A DNA stretch of 64,000 nucleotides from Hormiphora californensis (lineage: Eukaryota > Animalia > Ctenophora), in contig CM035362.1 in NCBI GenBank assembly GCA_020137815.1, forward strand, positions 3,782,001 to 3,846,000, given 5' to 3'. A program made the position numbers and the translations under genes. Below the pieces are notes generated by a model. The model was given only the letters and a program-made list of their open reading frames with translations. It was not told the DNA's origin and did no database searches. Position 1 is the first letter of the stretch. Each line of letters begins with the position of its first letter. Below, one piece after another: positions 1-13,492 of the stretch.

Positions 1-316
1 TTTGGGGGTACTGTTTTCTTGGGGGTTTCAAAGGAAAACGGGGGTGGGGGAATTTCCAATACCCGAACCGGGGTTTTTTTTATTTCCCAAAAAGGGGCCC
101 CGGCGGAAAGGGGGGAAAGGGAATCAAAAAACAATTCAAAATTTTAAAAGCGAAAAAAGGAAGAGAATAAAAAAAACCAATATCCGGTGTCCTAATGTAT
201 TATGTATCCAATTGCAAAAAACCAATTTTTGGGAACCCGTAAATTCTTTTTAGTTCCGGGAAAATATTTTTAGATATTAGAAAAGTAAAAATTCTAAATA
301 ACATCAAAGTTAGACG

Positions 317-1234
317 TACACCACGCCCAGCAAGGAGGTTTGAACATAACAAATCTAGATCAGGTTTAAGGTTGGGGAAATGTTCTAACGGGAGATAGAG
401 AAAAGAGAGAGAGAGAGAGAGAAGAGAGAGGAGGGAAGAAGAGAGAGGGGGAAAGGGGAAAGGGAAAAAGAGTGGAAGGGAGAGGAAGGGGAGAAGAGAT
501 GAAGAAAGAAGGTTTTCCCAAACCCCTGGTTTTAAATAAAAACCTCGGAAGAGAGATGTGGATTCTGTTTGGGGGCTGAAACTAAAAAATATGGGTTTTC
601 TCCCGGGGGATGCTGTTCCCAGTTTTTTGAGGGGGGCCCCTAGTATTCCCATATTTAAATTTTGGGGAAACCTTGACCTGAGGGGGAGAAAAGGGGGGTG
701 GTAGGGACGGTTCATCACCCTATACAGCTACCCCTGAGGGGGGAAAAGGGGGGTGGTTTTTTTCATTATTATCTTTTTGGTAACGAAATTACCCTCTGTA
801 CATAGGGGATTGCAATATAAAATCTTTTTTTCGTGCCGCAAAGTAGGGGGAAATTTTTACCAAATATCAGTCAACCCTGCATATACCGATAGTCCCCATA
901 TAAAACTGGAACCCCATTATATACAAATAATTATTTTCCACCGATAAATTATCGGGGAAAACCCTTTTTCCAACCCACATCCCGTTAAATCGGTCGACTG
1001 CAGTATGCACTCTCTTTCTAGGTTTTTCTAAAAAATGTACATTCCCCCTGTCTACATTGGACTTTTCCCTTTTCTATTATTAAGTACCAAATACAAAACG
1101 CACTGTACTGTACTGTGTGTTCTGTCGTCCAGTACAGAGTTACAATTCACTAAAAAACACACTTTGTTCCCCCGGGGCTTCTCAACGGCAGTGTGTTGTA
1201 ACTTATCGCCAACCGTTAAAAAGAATGGAGAGAG

Positions 1235-1281
<47 letters not shown>

Positions 1282-2795
1282 TACTAGGATGTGACTTATA
1301 AATCACAGTTTGTAAGAGAGAGATAAAAGAAAACAGCAAAATGTCACGGCCATCGAATTCACTCAAAACCCCGATAAAATTTTAATTTTATTAAACTTAC
1401 GTGCATATATTGGTATTGTAAGCTTCGTCTGGAGTCCTAGGGTATAAATAGTGTGGGCCTTCAAGAACGCTTTGAGACAGCAAAACCTGTGGATACGGTT
1501 AGGATTAATCAGGTGAAAGGCAGGAAACATTCATTGCAGGATCGTTTACAGGAACCGACCGAATCAGGAAATAATGGTTCCTGATTGGCTGATAACCAGT
1601 CACGTGACCTAAATAACGAGTTCTGATTGGTTGTTTACTTGTTTCGGTCGGTTCCTGGTCGTTTATATACTATACAGTCGGACCCCGATTTACATGGATG
1701 CTCGGGAGAAACGGTCCGGTAAATCAGGGTCCAACGACTTTAGAATTGTGAGATAGATAAAAAGGATAAAATGCGGGAGAAAAATAATGTTGCAATTTGA
1801 CCATAAAAAAGAGGAGGGGTTCTTCGAATATGGGCCTACATAAACTCTCTTAATTCAGAGAATACGAAGCAGAGAACTCATCGTTATGGGGTTATACTGC
1901 CCAGAGGAGCTGAAGAAAGAAAGAGAGGGGAGATAGAAAGAGAGGGGAGATGGAAAGAGAGGGGAGATAGAAAGAGAGGGGAAATGGAAAGAGAGGGGAG
2001 ATAGAAATAGAGGGTAGATAGAAAGAGAGGGGAGATGGAAAGAGAGACAGAGATAGAAAGAGAGGGAAGATAGAAAGAGAGGGGAGATGGAAAGAGAGGG
2101 GAGGGTGATACATATATAAAGAAAGAGGCGAGGGATAGAGCGATTAATCATCCCAATTACTAACCTGTCATTTCGGCCGTCCAACCGGTACCCATTCCCT
2201 ACTCGAATGATATAGTGGTTCACTGTATTTTGGGTTTCACCCCTGAAAGAGAGAGGTATGGTTATTGGAAATTATACAACATATTTATGTGTTTTGTAAC
2301 AAGATCACCTGATTATGATTAAAATAGAGACTTTCTCGGAAATATAACTTAAATATATTTTGTTGTTAAAACGTCAAACTATATCGTTTGGGCATCACGT
2401 GATGTTTGGTCGATAGTCGACTATGTATAACAACAGTGTTATAAACATCATTACGTGAACTTCTCATAATACGAAACAACAAACTGGCAGATCAGCTGAT
2501 TACACTATTCATCAGGAACCGACCGAATCAGGAAATACCGGTCCCTGATTGGCTGATAACCAGTCACGTGACCTAAATAACGAGTTCTGATTGATTGTTT
2601 ACTTGTTTCGGTCGGTTCCTGCTATGAACACGAAAACAAAACTTACGCGACTGATAAAGATAGCTTGTTGGTGCCAGCAGAACAGGGCCTGACAAGATAC
2701 GCTCCAGGAGGCATTCCTGTCAATATCTCCTCAGCCTGAATTCGTGTCATTTCTCCATTGTAGCACATTACACGGGAATGCTGCTGCTGGTTACC
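317..2795 (-). CDS. SH2-domain protein, partial multi-exon gene (possibly chimaerin-like SH2-C1)
   Basis: Phase-compatible GT-AG exons 2647-2795, 2165-2242 and 1401-1486 splice to CYNGEMTRIQAEEILTGMPPGAYLVRPCSAGTNKLSLSVA-GETQNTVNHYIIRVGNGYRLDGRNDR-FCCLKAFLKAHTIYTLGLQTKLTIP, an SH2 pattern. A possible further exon at ~317-384 (CSNLLAGRGV, C1-like) lies in noisy sequence. Start and stop not located. Confidence 0.75.
1549..1657. mobile_element. 109-bp hAT-type MITE (family A)
   Basis: 15-bp TIR CAGGAACCGACCGAA; near 8-bp TSD (atcgttta/gtcgttta). Confidence 0.9.
2513..2621. mobile_element. hAT-type MITE family A
   Basis: Full copy, same TIRs and internal GTCACGTGAC. Confidence 0.9.
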
Positions 2796-3548
2796 CTGGA
2801 GATGTGAAATTATTAGTAACTAATTAGTAACTAATTAGTAACTAATTATTTTAAATAATTAGTAACTTATTTGTAACTTAGTAACTTAATAACAATGTTA
2901 ATATACCTGCTTGAGGTATATATCATAATGGGAATTTCTGTGTTTCAAAAGTTTTGGTTTAATAACGATATATCACATGACTGTATCAGACTGATACGAT
3001 ATATCATTATGATGAATATATATTCACTTCAACATAGGAATTCAGCAATTTCTGAGAATTTAACAATTTCTGAAAATTTAACAATTTTTCATGTTGCCCC
3101 CATTTTACCTCCTCGTCCCCATTGCAGCGGCAGTCACTCTCAAAATAAAAGAACTGTAACATATCTAACATAATGTTTTGGTTGTTGTTATGGCGATTCA
3201 AACTATGGTTACCATGGCGATAGTAATAATAGGGGTGAATTACCATTAGTAAAGCAAATTAAAGTTTAAACACGGGCGGGTTTTGATTGAACAACATGGG
3301 ATAATAATCGGATTTGACTAGTTCGAGAACTAGATTGAAATACTAGCTGGCAAAGATCAAGATCTGCAGGAGAAAGGAGATCAGAGAAAGGACGGATCAA
3401 CTAAGTGAGGTAGTTTGAGACGGCAAATTATCTTGGATATAGGCCTTGAATTTATTCCGTGGAAAACTCAGGACTTGTAGACTCTATCAGGGATATAATA
3501 CATTTACCGGGAAAGAGACCGTATAATTCTAGGGAGAGGGTGTTGCGT

Positions 3549-3615
<67 letters not shown>

Positions 3616-4367
3616 TGAGACAGTGAGAGATTAACATTAACACTAAGATTAAGAGAACATCAATATTCCTTTGGTGCAGCCCGCAAATTCGCTGGAAAAG
3701 CTCAAAGAATATAACCCAGTATAATGATTGGTAGCTGTACAGTTGATATATAACCTTGATCATTATATATTCTAGCCCTCATTCAAGAGGTTTCACCGTG
3801 CGGGCTGCGGTGAAACAGGGTCGAGCAATCCGTCATGATTATTATAATAAGTAGTGCAGGGTGTCCCATTGATTGTAATTAGCAACGTTATATTGTAAGA
3901 AATGGAGAAAGATATTGAATTTGAGAAGCTAGGTAACAGGGCAATCAATTAATAATTAACTTAATCGTGTGTACTGCAGCCAGTGCATATTAAGAAGCTG
4001 CACAGGAAGACAGCACTACAGCACTAGAAAGTATATAGGATGTCGTGTATAGTGTATAGAGAGTGCTGTACATATAGTGCTGTATACAGTGTATACACAG
4101 TATATATGTATGTACAGCACTCGGATGTCGTGTATTACACCGGCCGGCACTAGATATACTGACAAATGTGTGTAAAGAGAAAGAAGGCAAAAAACAGATA
4201 GCGTGTCTGAGGAAAGTGTCAAATTGCACGTTTTGGTTGTTTTTATAACCACGTAACCGAAGAAAAAAACTAAACAGCAAAGCAAAGTTGAGAGGAAATT
4301 AGGGCTTTTTTATTACTGAATGAAGAAAGTATGACGGCGAGGTAGTAAAAGTGAACGGGAGAAAGAG

Positions 4368-4417
<50 letters not shown>

Positions 4418-5157
4418 TGCTTACTGCTACAACCAACAGAGAACATTGCGCAAGCTCTTCTCAGGAAATTTCGAACGATTCCCCCTTCTCTTTCTCTCTC
4501 TCTCTTCTATCACTCTCTCCTTTTCTCTGTCTCTAATTTTCTTCTGTGGATGGTTCCATAGAATATGTTGCCATCTACCTCTCTCTACCTCCTCCACATA
4601 TATATATATATATATATATATATTATTACATTTTTAAAACCAGTTAAGTTCCGGGGAACTGAAGAATTAAAACGGTTATAAATTAGAGGAAAACGGGATA
4701 ATAATATAGGGGTATAATATTATTGGGCGTTTTGGGTTAAAAACCTTCTATTGTAAACCCAAAACTATCAAATTATAACTGAATTATGTTGTGGGCCGGA
4801 AGGTGAAAACAGAAGGGGAAGACACGACTTTCTGAGAAATAGCGGAGGGGAAGAGAGTTAAAAAGAAACGAGGAGGAATTAAAAGTTCAATAGAACAGAA
4901 GCAGCGTGCTTGTTGATTTCAGCTATAAAGTCAGGTACACTGGTACAGTCGGATCTGATCGATTTAACGGCACCCCGGCACCAGTATTTCCTGATTCGAT
5001 CCAGCTATACAACCACATCTTTGGTATTTATCGAGTGCCATGTTATTACGAAGTTAACTTGATGAACTATGTATTACTCATGAACTTTGGTTGAAACACG
5101 TTTGAGGAAAAATCCTCTTTTTTCGTAAATTTCTTACTTTGATAAATCTATCTTTAA

Positions 5158-5228
5158 CTGTCAGACCAATGCTCTGACCACAGTTCTCGCGAGAGAAACG
5201 AGAATGGGTCAGGCCAATGCTCTGACAG
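5158..5228. mobile_element. 71-bp miniature TIR element with 8-bp TSD
   Basis: Ends CTGTCAG...CTGACAG, flanked by ATCTTTAA on both sides; a related end starts at 24128. Confidence 0.7.
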
Positions 5229-5373
5229 ATCTTTAACGAAATAAACAACGATATAATGGTACTAGGATCAATAAATTGGCAGTGAAATCTATCTATTCAA
5301 TGTAGATCATAAAATTCGTACTGAATAATTCTTATAAGAAATATTCAAGAGTATTATATAAATATATATATTA

Positions 5374-6237
5374 CAGTCGGACCCCGATTTATCGGCCCCC
5401 GATTTAGCGGCACCCCGATTTAACGGCAGGATAAATTTCCCCCAAAAATTTTTTGAAATTTTTTTGAAAATTTTTGAAAATTTTTTGAAAATTTTTCAAG
5501 GGTGTATTAACCACGTCCGAATCGTGTTTCGAATCGGTGCATCTTATTGCATGTCTTGCCGGTAATTAGACGGTTCGAAACGAACAGATATGTGATCCCC
5601 ATGAGGCCCATCGAATCGCAATTTTGACGTTTGTTAAACTGGCCCCATGGGGATCACGTATCGGTTCGTTTCGAACCGTCTAATTAGCGACAGGACGTGC
5701 GATAAGATGCACTGATTCGAAACACGATTCGGAAGTGGTTGATATACCTTTGAAAAATTTTCATAACTTTTTTTGCAAAATTTTACAGATCGATTGTCAG
5801 TGCTTTGATCGATGCTCCCCATGAATTTTCAGAGAAAAATATATTTTTAAAATTCGAATTCTTCCTCACCCCGCTTAAAGTGCCCCGATTTGGCATGGTA
5901 TCACATTATATCGGTTCGTTTCGAACAATCTAATTAGCAGCAAGACATGTGATAAGATGCACTGATTCGATAAACGATTCGGACGTGGTTGATGTACGTA
6001 CCTTAGAAAGTTTTTATAACTTTTTTTGAAATTAAAAAAAATTCTTTTCTAATCAGAAATGATCATGTAATCAATACATGGACATTGCATCTAACACTTA
6101 GATGTGTTTTAGTATAACATTTTGGACAAAAATAGGGTTTTATGGGCCAAATATGCTCTACCCCGATTTAACGGACACCCCGATTTAACGGACAAAACCC
6201 TTTCCCCCGAGGGTGCCGTTAAATCGGGGTCCGACTG
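5374..6237. mobile_element. Tc1/mariner (pogo-like) non-autonomous element, family B
   Basis: TIR CAGTCGGACCCCGATTTA, TA on both sides, internal repeats, no transposase. Confidence 0.85.
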
Positions 6238-6587
6238 TATATGAATATATTATTATATAAGCCGATCTTAGTGGAAGTTGGAAAGTGAGTTAGGATAATC
6301 AATCGAGCATGGACAGAGGGGGATAAAGAATGATATAAGTGAGATCTCATGTTGTATATCTTAAAGAAATTAAAGTATTCATTGGTATAGTGCTAAGTTA
6401 AATTTGCCTAGCTTAATTGACCCCCTTTTCGCGACCTTCGAGGGTTAGAACATAAGAAAGTGAAATATGCTGGGAGTTTCTAAGAAAATAGAAAAAGAAA
6501 GCGAATCGCAGAAAGTGGAAAAGAAATTTGAGAATGCAAAAGAAATAAATAGATAGCAAGGAATGGGAGAATGAAAATGAGAGAAAG

Positions 6588-6590
<3 letters not shown>

Positions 6591-6672
<82 letters not shown>

Positions 6673-6673
6673 G

Positions 6674-6706
<33 letters not shown>

Positions 6707-6710
6707 AGAG

Positions 6711-6781
<71 letters not shown>

Positions 6782-6801
6782 AGAGAGAGAGAGAGAGAGA
6801 G

Positions 6802-6854
<53 letters not shown>

Positions 6855-6866
6855 AGAGAGAGAGAG

Positions 6867-6897
<31 letters not shown>

Positions 6898-6960
6898 AAG
6901 AGAGAGAGAGAGATGAGAGAGAGAGAAGAGAGAGACGAGAGAGAGAGAGAGAGAGGAGAG
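6591..6960. repeat. (GA)n microsatellite
   Basis: About 370 bp of imperfect GA repeat; the overlapping ORFs are artefacts. Confidence 0.95.
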
Positions 6961-8119
6961 GAACGAGAGGGGGGACTCCTGCATTATGCTTCTGATGTGT
7001 CTTGCACCAGCTATCTCTAAATTGGAAACTTTCGAGAGTAGAGATATCGTGCTTATGCGTTTCCAAGGAATAGTTCATTCAAGAATAGTTCATTCAGAAT
7101 TTATCCAGTCGCTATAATTCTTCTCTTTTTCTTTATCAATATTTTTTCTCTGTCTCTCTTATATCAACTCATCAGGTCTTTTCCAAATAAGTCTTGTACT
7201 TTTCCACTGATTCCACTGATATGTTTTCTTAAATGTTCTAACCCTCCTTTACATTTGCAAAAAGGGGAGCTCGCGAGAAGGGGGTCAAGTTATACTAAGT
7301 TATGTTATAGCATGTATTATATATGCGTCACTATATATATATTGTCATTTGTCCATGTTCTTACTAATCTATGTGACGTCATGACTACTGCCAACTAATT
7401 AGCTACCAACTAACTAACCAGCTAACTACTGACTAAACTGACTATACTGTTTATGCGTGAGTGCCATTTTCTAATAATTGAGCAATTATGAAATAATATA
7501 ATCTATGGGGGTAATAGGAGTACACAAATGAGCACAATTAATATTAAACCCGTTATATATAATGATTTAACTAACAATTATTATAGACGAAAGACAATAA
7601 AAAATGTGCCAGAGCAGAGAAAAACAATGAGAAAGGTACCGACTGAAGAAAGAAACTGTTAGTGTACAAGTAGGTGCAGTACATGTGTAACAGTAAATTG
7701 AACGTTGAGCAGGTTGAGAAATATTGGAGAGATTGGAAATATATATTGGAGAGTATATAAGGTGAATGTGCCAAAAGTTGCCTAGCTCGACCCCCCTTTT
7801 TGCGAGGAGGGTTAGAACATAACAAGCCAAAAGTGTGTACAAAAGCGTGTACTGAGTAGAATATAGGGGAAAATATCACTAAACACAAAACACGACGATC
7901 TAGAGTGATCTATCGAGTGAAAGAGAACAGCTTATAGGGATTTTAACAACAAGTTAGACTCATATATAAACTATAAACCTTAAACAACAAATAAAAGTAA
8001 AACTATCGTGCATTCGTTAATATGATATCATACGGTTGCAACGCGAAACAATTTTTAAAACAAAATAATGCGACGATACGATTCACTGCACTCGATCATT
8101 TTCTATAGAAAAATAACGG

Positions 8120-8698
8120 AGCTATTTTCTCTGCTCTCTCATCTCTCGTCCTCGGTCAGTCTCTCTCTCTCTCTCTCATCTCGCTCTCTTCTCTCATCTC
8201 TCGTCTCCAATCTCTTCTGTCTCGGTCTCTCCTCTCCTCTCTCCCTCTCTCTCCCGAGAGGAACAAAGAGAAACGCGTGGGACAGAGTGTGTAAGAGAAA
8301 GAAAGAATCTCTCTGTTATTACTCACCTTGCGCAGCCCTTTTCTTTAGAATTCAGCTTTCTCTGTGCATGTTTACTCTCTCTCTCTATGTGTGTTTCTCT
8401 CTCTCTCTCTCTCTCTCTCTACTCTCCTCTTCATCTCCCTCTCTCTCTCTCTTCTCGTCTCATGTCTCACTCAATCTTCGCTCTCCCACAACGTTCGTTG
8501 TCTCTTCGGTCTGTCAGGCGTCTCTCATCGTTCTTCTCTCAGTCCTCTCCTTCTCCTCTCATCTCTCTATCTCCTCTCTGTCTCTCTTCTCTCTCTCTCT
8601 TCCTCCGTGATGTCGCATGTGTGTACTGTACAGAGTAGCTCATAAAGGAGACCATTCCGAAGAACATTACCCAGAATGGCATGAGAGAGAGAGTGAGT

Positions 8699-8730
<32 letters not shown>

Positions 8731-8836
8731 GAGAGGAGAGGGAGAGAGAAAAGAAGACGAGAACATAGAGGGAGCCCCATAGATTTGACAGGAAGATTGA
8801 GGGAGAGAGAGGAGAGAGGAGAGAGAGAGAGAGGAG

Positions 8837-8875
<39 letters not shown>

Positions 8876-8890
8876 AGGGGAAATAAAATG

Positions 8891-8988
<98 letters not shown>

Positions 8989-9577
8989 TGCAAAAGAAAA
9001 TGAGTTTTCGTTGGAAGCAGCAAATCAATTAGCAAATAAGGCAATTCGTTGTGTAATAGGACGGATATATATTATGCTATAGTAGTATATAATGTAGTAG
9101 TATATATGTGCGCTAGAAGGCAGAATCGTATTAGACAAATAAGAGCCACTAAAACAAACGAGTACGGCTTCAAGGAGGCACATATTACAACTTCAATGAC
9201 AATACTAAAACGATAGATTTTAAAACGACAATCATTTAACAAATTGAAATATATCGCATATAGCAGTAGCTCGGTAATTGAAAAGATCAAAGTGGAGGGA
9301 GCTAGATGCTGGAATACAACTGCACACCTGACACAGCATAATACTTCAGTTCCGTGGAAGTGACTCGCTAGCACTCTCTCTCTCTCTATCACTTGCACTC
9401 TCTCTTTCTCTCTCTTGCTCTCTTTTTCTCTCTGCGTGATAGAAAGATCTGAAGAAGTTTCCACAGAAGGTCTCGAAATTAGTCAAAGATAGTCATTATA
9501 TTAGCCAGAGAAGGAGAGAGAGAGAAAGTAGGAAGAAAGAGAAAATCTCTCTCTCTATCTTTCTTTCTCTCTCTCTT

Positions 9578-9663
<86 letters not shown>
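8120..9663. repeat. Cluster of (CT)n/(GA)n microsatellites
   Basis: CT tracts at ~8120-8605 and 9547-9663; GA tract at ~8685-8985. Confidence 0.9.
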
Positions 9664-9665
<2 letters not shown>

Positions 9666-9835
9666 CTTTATTCTTCCAAACAGTTCTACAGAAATGCTGG
9701 GTAGCGGGTTAATCTTGAGCTAACACAATGAGCCTTCCACGGAACCCGACGTGCTCGATCCCTTTGATTATATACCATCATACCGCGGTTTCGCATAATA
9801 TGATAATATGTTAATTTATATATGATAATTATATA

Positions 9836-10076
9836 CCTTACTCTCGTTAATTAAGCTCGTATATTTCAAGAAACTTTTAAATAAGAAACTTTTTTTCTAG
9901 GAAACTACAGGTGTAAGCAATCCAAAAACAAAAAGAATTTCTTCTTTATCAAGAAACTAAACAAGTTAGGGGTGTTCTATTTTGTTGTGGTGTCTCTGAG
10001 TTGTGTGATTTACATTTGAAAAGTTTCTTATAAAAAAGTTTCTTACTAAAGCGTTTCTTAAAAAACGAGAGTAAGG
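9836..10076. mobile_element. TA-flanked MITE family C
   Basis: TIR CCTTACTCTCGTT...AACGAGAGTAAGG with TA flanks; the same left end recurs at 63606. Confidence 0.75.
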
Positions 10077-10902
10077 TAATCTATTTTGGGACATATCTAT
10101 TCCGTGAGGGACTATCATGTGCAATAATTATTATTATTAATGGTCCCTTGTGAACTATTGGAACTCAGAAGAACTGAAAAGTCTCAAAATTGACAAAGTG
10201 AATCAGTATAAAGACCACCAGCCCATAAAATATGGCTTCCACTGCTCGTGTAGAGGCCTTCTTCAGAAGAAGGCCTCTACACGAGAGAGGTCATCGAAGG
10301 TTCCTCATGGAATTAGGGCCCGGAGATAGGAAGGGCAGACGGAGGACTATTTATACATGGTGTAAGCGGGCGGGGGGGGGGGCTGTAAGCGTCGCAGGGT
10401 TTTTCATCTTTTTAATTAGTTTATTATTTTGGCCGGGGAAGATCATTCTCCCAGTAAATTGGGGTTCCAGCAAATCGGGGTTCGTGCAAATCGAAATTTT
10501 TAGGGTTGAACCCCCTCCTCCCCCTTTTTGAACTTGAACTTATCATTTGAATTTAATGCCGATAGATTGCAATTTAATTGGCTGCCCCCACCCAAACATC
10601 AATTCTCAATGAAATAAAATTTTGCCAATTCACCAGTTATTATGTCTAAAAAGTAAATTGTGAACAAATCTTGATTTGTTTCTAGTCTGAACTAATTTAA
10701 CAAAAAATAATAAAGATTAATTAATTTCATAATTATGTAATTAATCTAACAATTACAGTCATCTCTTACCTGGCAACTTTGTTTATTAATCCTGGCCATA
10801 TGATGAAGTATATCTTTCTATATCGTCTTCTAATCCTATAAAAGGGAATTGGAGTTTTAATATAAATATTGAATATTAATAATATTAATCTGTAATAATA
10901 TA

Positions 10903-11646
10903 CAGTCGGACCCCGATTTACCGGGATCCTCGGGGGAAGCCATTTTGCCCGGTAAATCGGGGTGCCCGGTATATCGGGGTAGAGCATATTTGACCCATAA
11001 ACCCTACCCATAAATCCTACTTTTGTCCAAAATTCTATACAAAGACACCTCTAACTATATAGTATACATTTATTGATGATAATATGATCATTGCTTCTGT
11101 CATTAGAAATAGAAAATTTAAAAAATTCAAAAAAAATTGTAAAAACTTTTTCTAAGGTAAACCACCCCGGCCGAGTCCGAATCGTGTTTCGAATCGGTGC
11201 ATCTTATCGCATGTCCTGCCGCTAATTAGACGGTTCGAAACGAACCGATACGTGATACCATGCCGAATCTGGGCACCCTAAGTGGGGTGAGGAAGTATCA
11301 AAGTTTCAAAATAACTTTTTCTCTGAAAATTTACGGGGAGCATCGATCAAAGCATTGACAATGATTCTGTAAAATTTCGCAAAAAAAAAGTTATGAAATT
11401 TTTCTAAGGTAGGCACGTTCGAATCGTATTTCGAATAGGTGCATCTTATCAAGTGTCCTGCCGTTAACTAGACGGTTCGAAACGAACCGATACGTGATCC
11501 CCATTAGACGTACCTAGCGAATTGCAAATGCAAGTTTACCAACCGGCAAAACTTCGAAAATTTTCCAAAAAAAGTCGGGGGAAAGGAATCCTCCCGGTAA
11601 ATCGGGGTTCCGGTAAATCGGGGCCCGGTAAATCGGGGTCCGACTG
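10903..11646. mobile_element. Tc1/mariner (pogo-like) non-autonomous element, family B
   Basis: TA-CAGTCGGACCCCGATTTA...TAAATCGGGGTCCGACTG-TA; interior homologous to 5374-6237 in the opposite orientation. Confidence 0.85.
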
Positions 11647-13383
11647 TATAACATTATAATGTATTATTAATTAATATGATTAAACGGATGTTCTAGGGGG
11701 GGGGGGTCTAAGGGCGTTAACTTAACACAATATAATAATAAAATAGATGAGAACTTCATAAAAATATGCGTTTATGTAACAATTATGCGTATTAGATAAT
11801 ATTTAATCAAAGACAGATGCATTTGAGTAAATGGCAGTTTAACTATGGTCATTATTTTAAGATATCGTGCATGCATGCCCACTATTATAATATAGTGGCC
11901 AATATAATTATACTAAGAATGGCATTGTCTGCTAAGAAACTGAGACGAGACATTACATTTGTAGATCGAGTGATTAGCGTAATACGGAATCAGCTAGACA
12001 TTTGAAGCGTTGGAGACTTCAACAACCTACCGAACTGGAATAACTAAATTTATTGCCCAACTTTCAAAAACCACAGGTTGCAAATTCGTGTCTCTGGGCA
12101 TTGATGGATAAATCCCGAATAAATTTTATCATAAAATATAAAGCGATGCGAACTTCATAAAAATATGCGTTTATGCAACAATACGGAATGCCGTTTCCTA
12201 AATATTTCGGTACAATATATCTATAGAGCTTTACGATAGTGTAGGGTATTGAATCAATCAATACTATTGATCCCCAGAGAGAACTCTACAGAGAAATATG
12301 ATTTCTCCGGAGTAGGTTACAAAACACGAGTTTAGAGAAACTCTATCTAAACTTTGGTGACGTGGTCACCCCTACACTAGGGCTGCGCGAAGCGCGGCAA
12401 ACGAAGCCGGCGAAGGGGATGTCATCACCAAATCTAAACTCCTTTTTTGTTTTATATATCAACATTACTCATTTTGCTGGTGATCCGTGTTACATACTAC
12501 CTGGTTTTTTAGTTTTTAGCATTCTACGGGGTCTGAGCGTTGTAACGTGTATGGGATATAACTCATGATGTTCATATAAAATCATAAAACTAACACATTT
12601 AACTTCTTTAGTTAAATGTTCTAACACTTACGCGGACCTCACGAAAGAGGGTCGAGCTAGGCAACACATTTAACTGTACTTGGTCGGGACTATGTTAACA
12701 GGGCCGAAATATATCACGTTGAAGCAGGAACAACCAATCAGAGCTCGTTATTTAGGTCACGTGACTAGTTATCAGCCAATCGGGGACCAGTATTTCTTGA
12801 TGATATCACGTTGAAGTAGGCACGAGGAAGATCATTTTTAAAGCAAACAAATAAATCTGTCCTTGAGAATCTTTTTGGTCGTGGAAATTTTTTTTCCAAG
12901 TTTGTTAAGTAAACAGGGGCCATGACACTGGAGTGTGGACGGGTGGGCCCGGGGTAGGGCCTGCCTCCCCATAGCTGCTACGATCACGTGCCGAATTTCG
13001 ATGTGAATTGCATTGAACGTAGCGCTGCGTGTCATAACTTTGATATGTGAAACTGGGAGCTGGAAACTAGTTTCTAAATTTGTAACTGGGGCCTTAGGAA
13101 GAAAAATTAGTTATTGGGAGCGAGCTAACATAGTTAAATCAGCGGCTTACTTTATGCATAAATATACTGCATAATATTATATACTACATGTTTTAACCTA
13201 AAGAATATATATATATATAAAACCTAAATAACCCAAGCGCGGGTTTGAAAACTCCCCAGCATTCTCAAGATACAGCCTCTATGAAGAGTCATTATGCTTT
13301 ATAAGGACTGATATATCTTCCTACGAGACTCTTGCACTGACAATAGGAACTTTAAAATGGGATCCATAAATGATGCTAGGCTG

Positions 13384-13492
13384 CAGGAACCGACCGAAAC
13401 AAGTAAACAACCAATCAGAACTCGTTATTTAGGTCACGTGACTGGTTATCAGCCAATCAGGAACCAGTATTTCCTGATTCGGTCGGTTCCTG
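13384..13492. mobile_element. hAT-type MITE family A
   Basis: Full copy; TSD ctaggctg/ctcggctg. Partial copies nearby at ~12725-12799, ~14372-14465 and ~14875-14961. Confidence 0.9.

Noticed and set aside
6413-9082. Poly-(ER)/(SL) ORFs
   Set aside because: Translations of GA/CT microsatellites.
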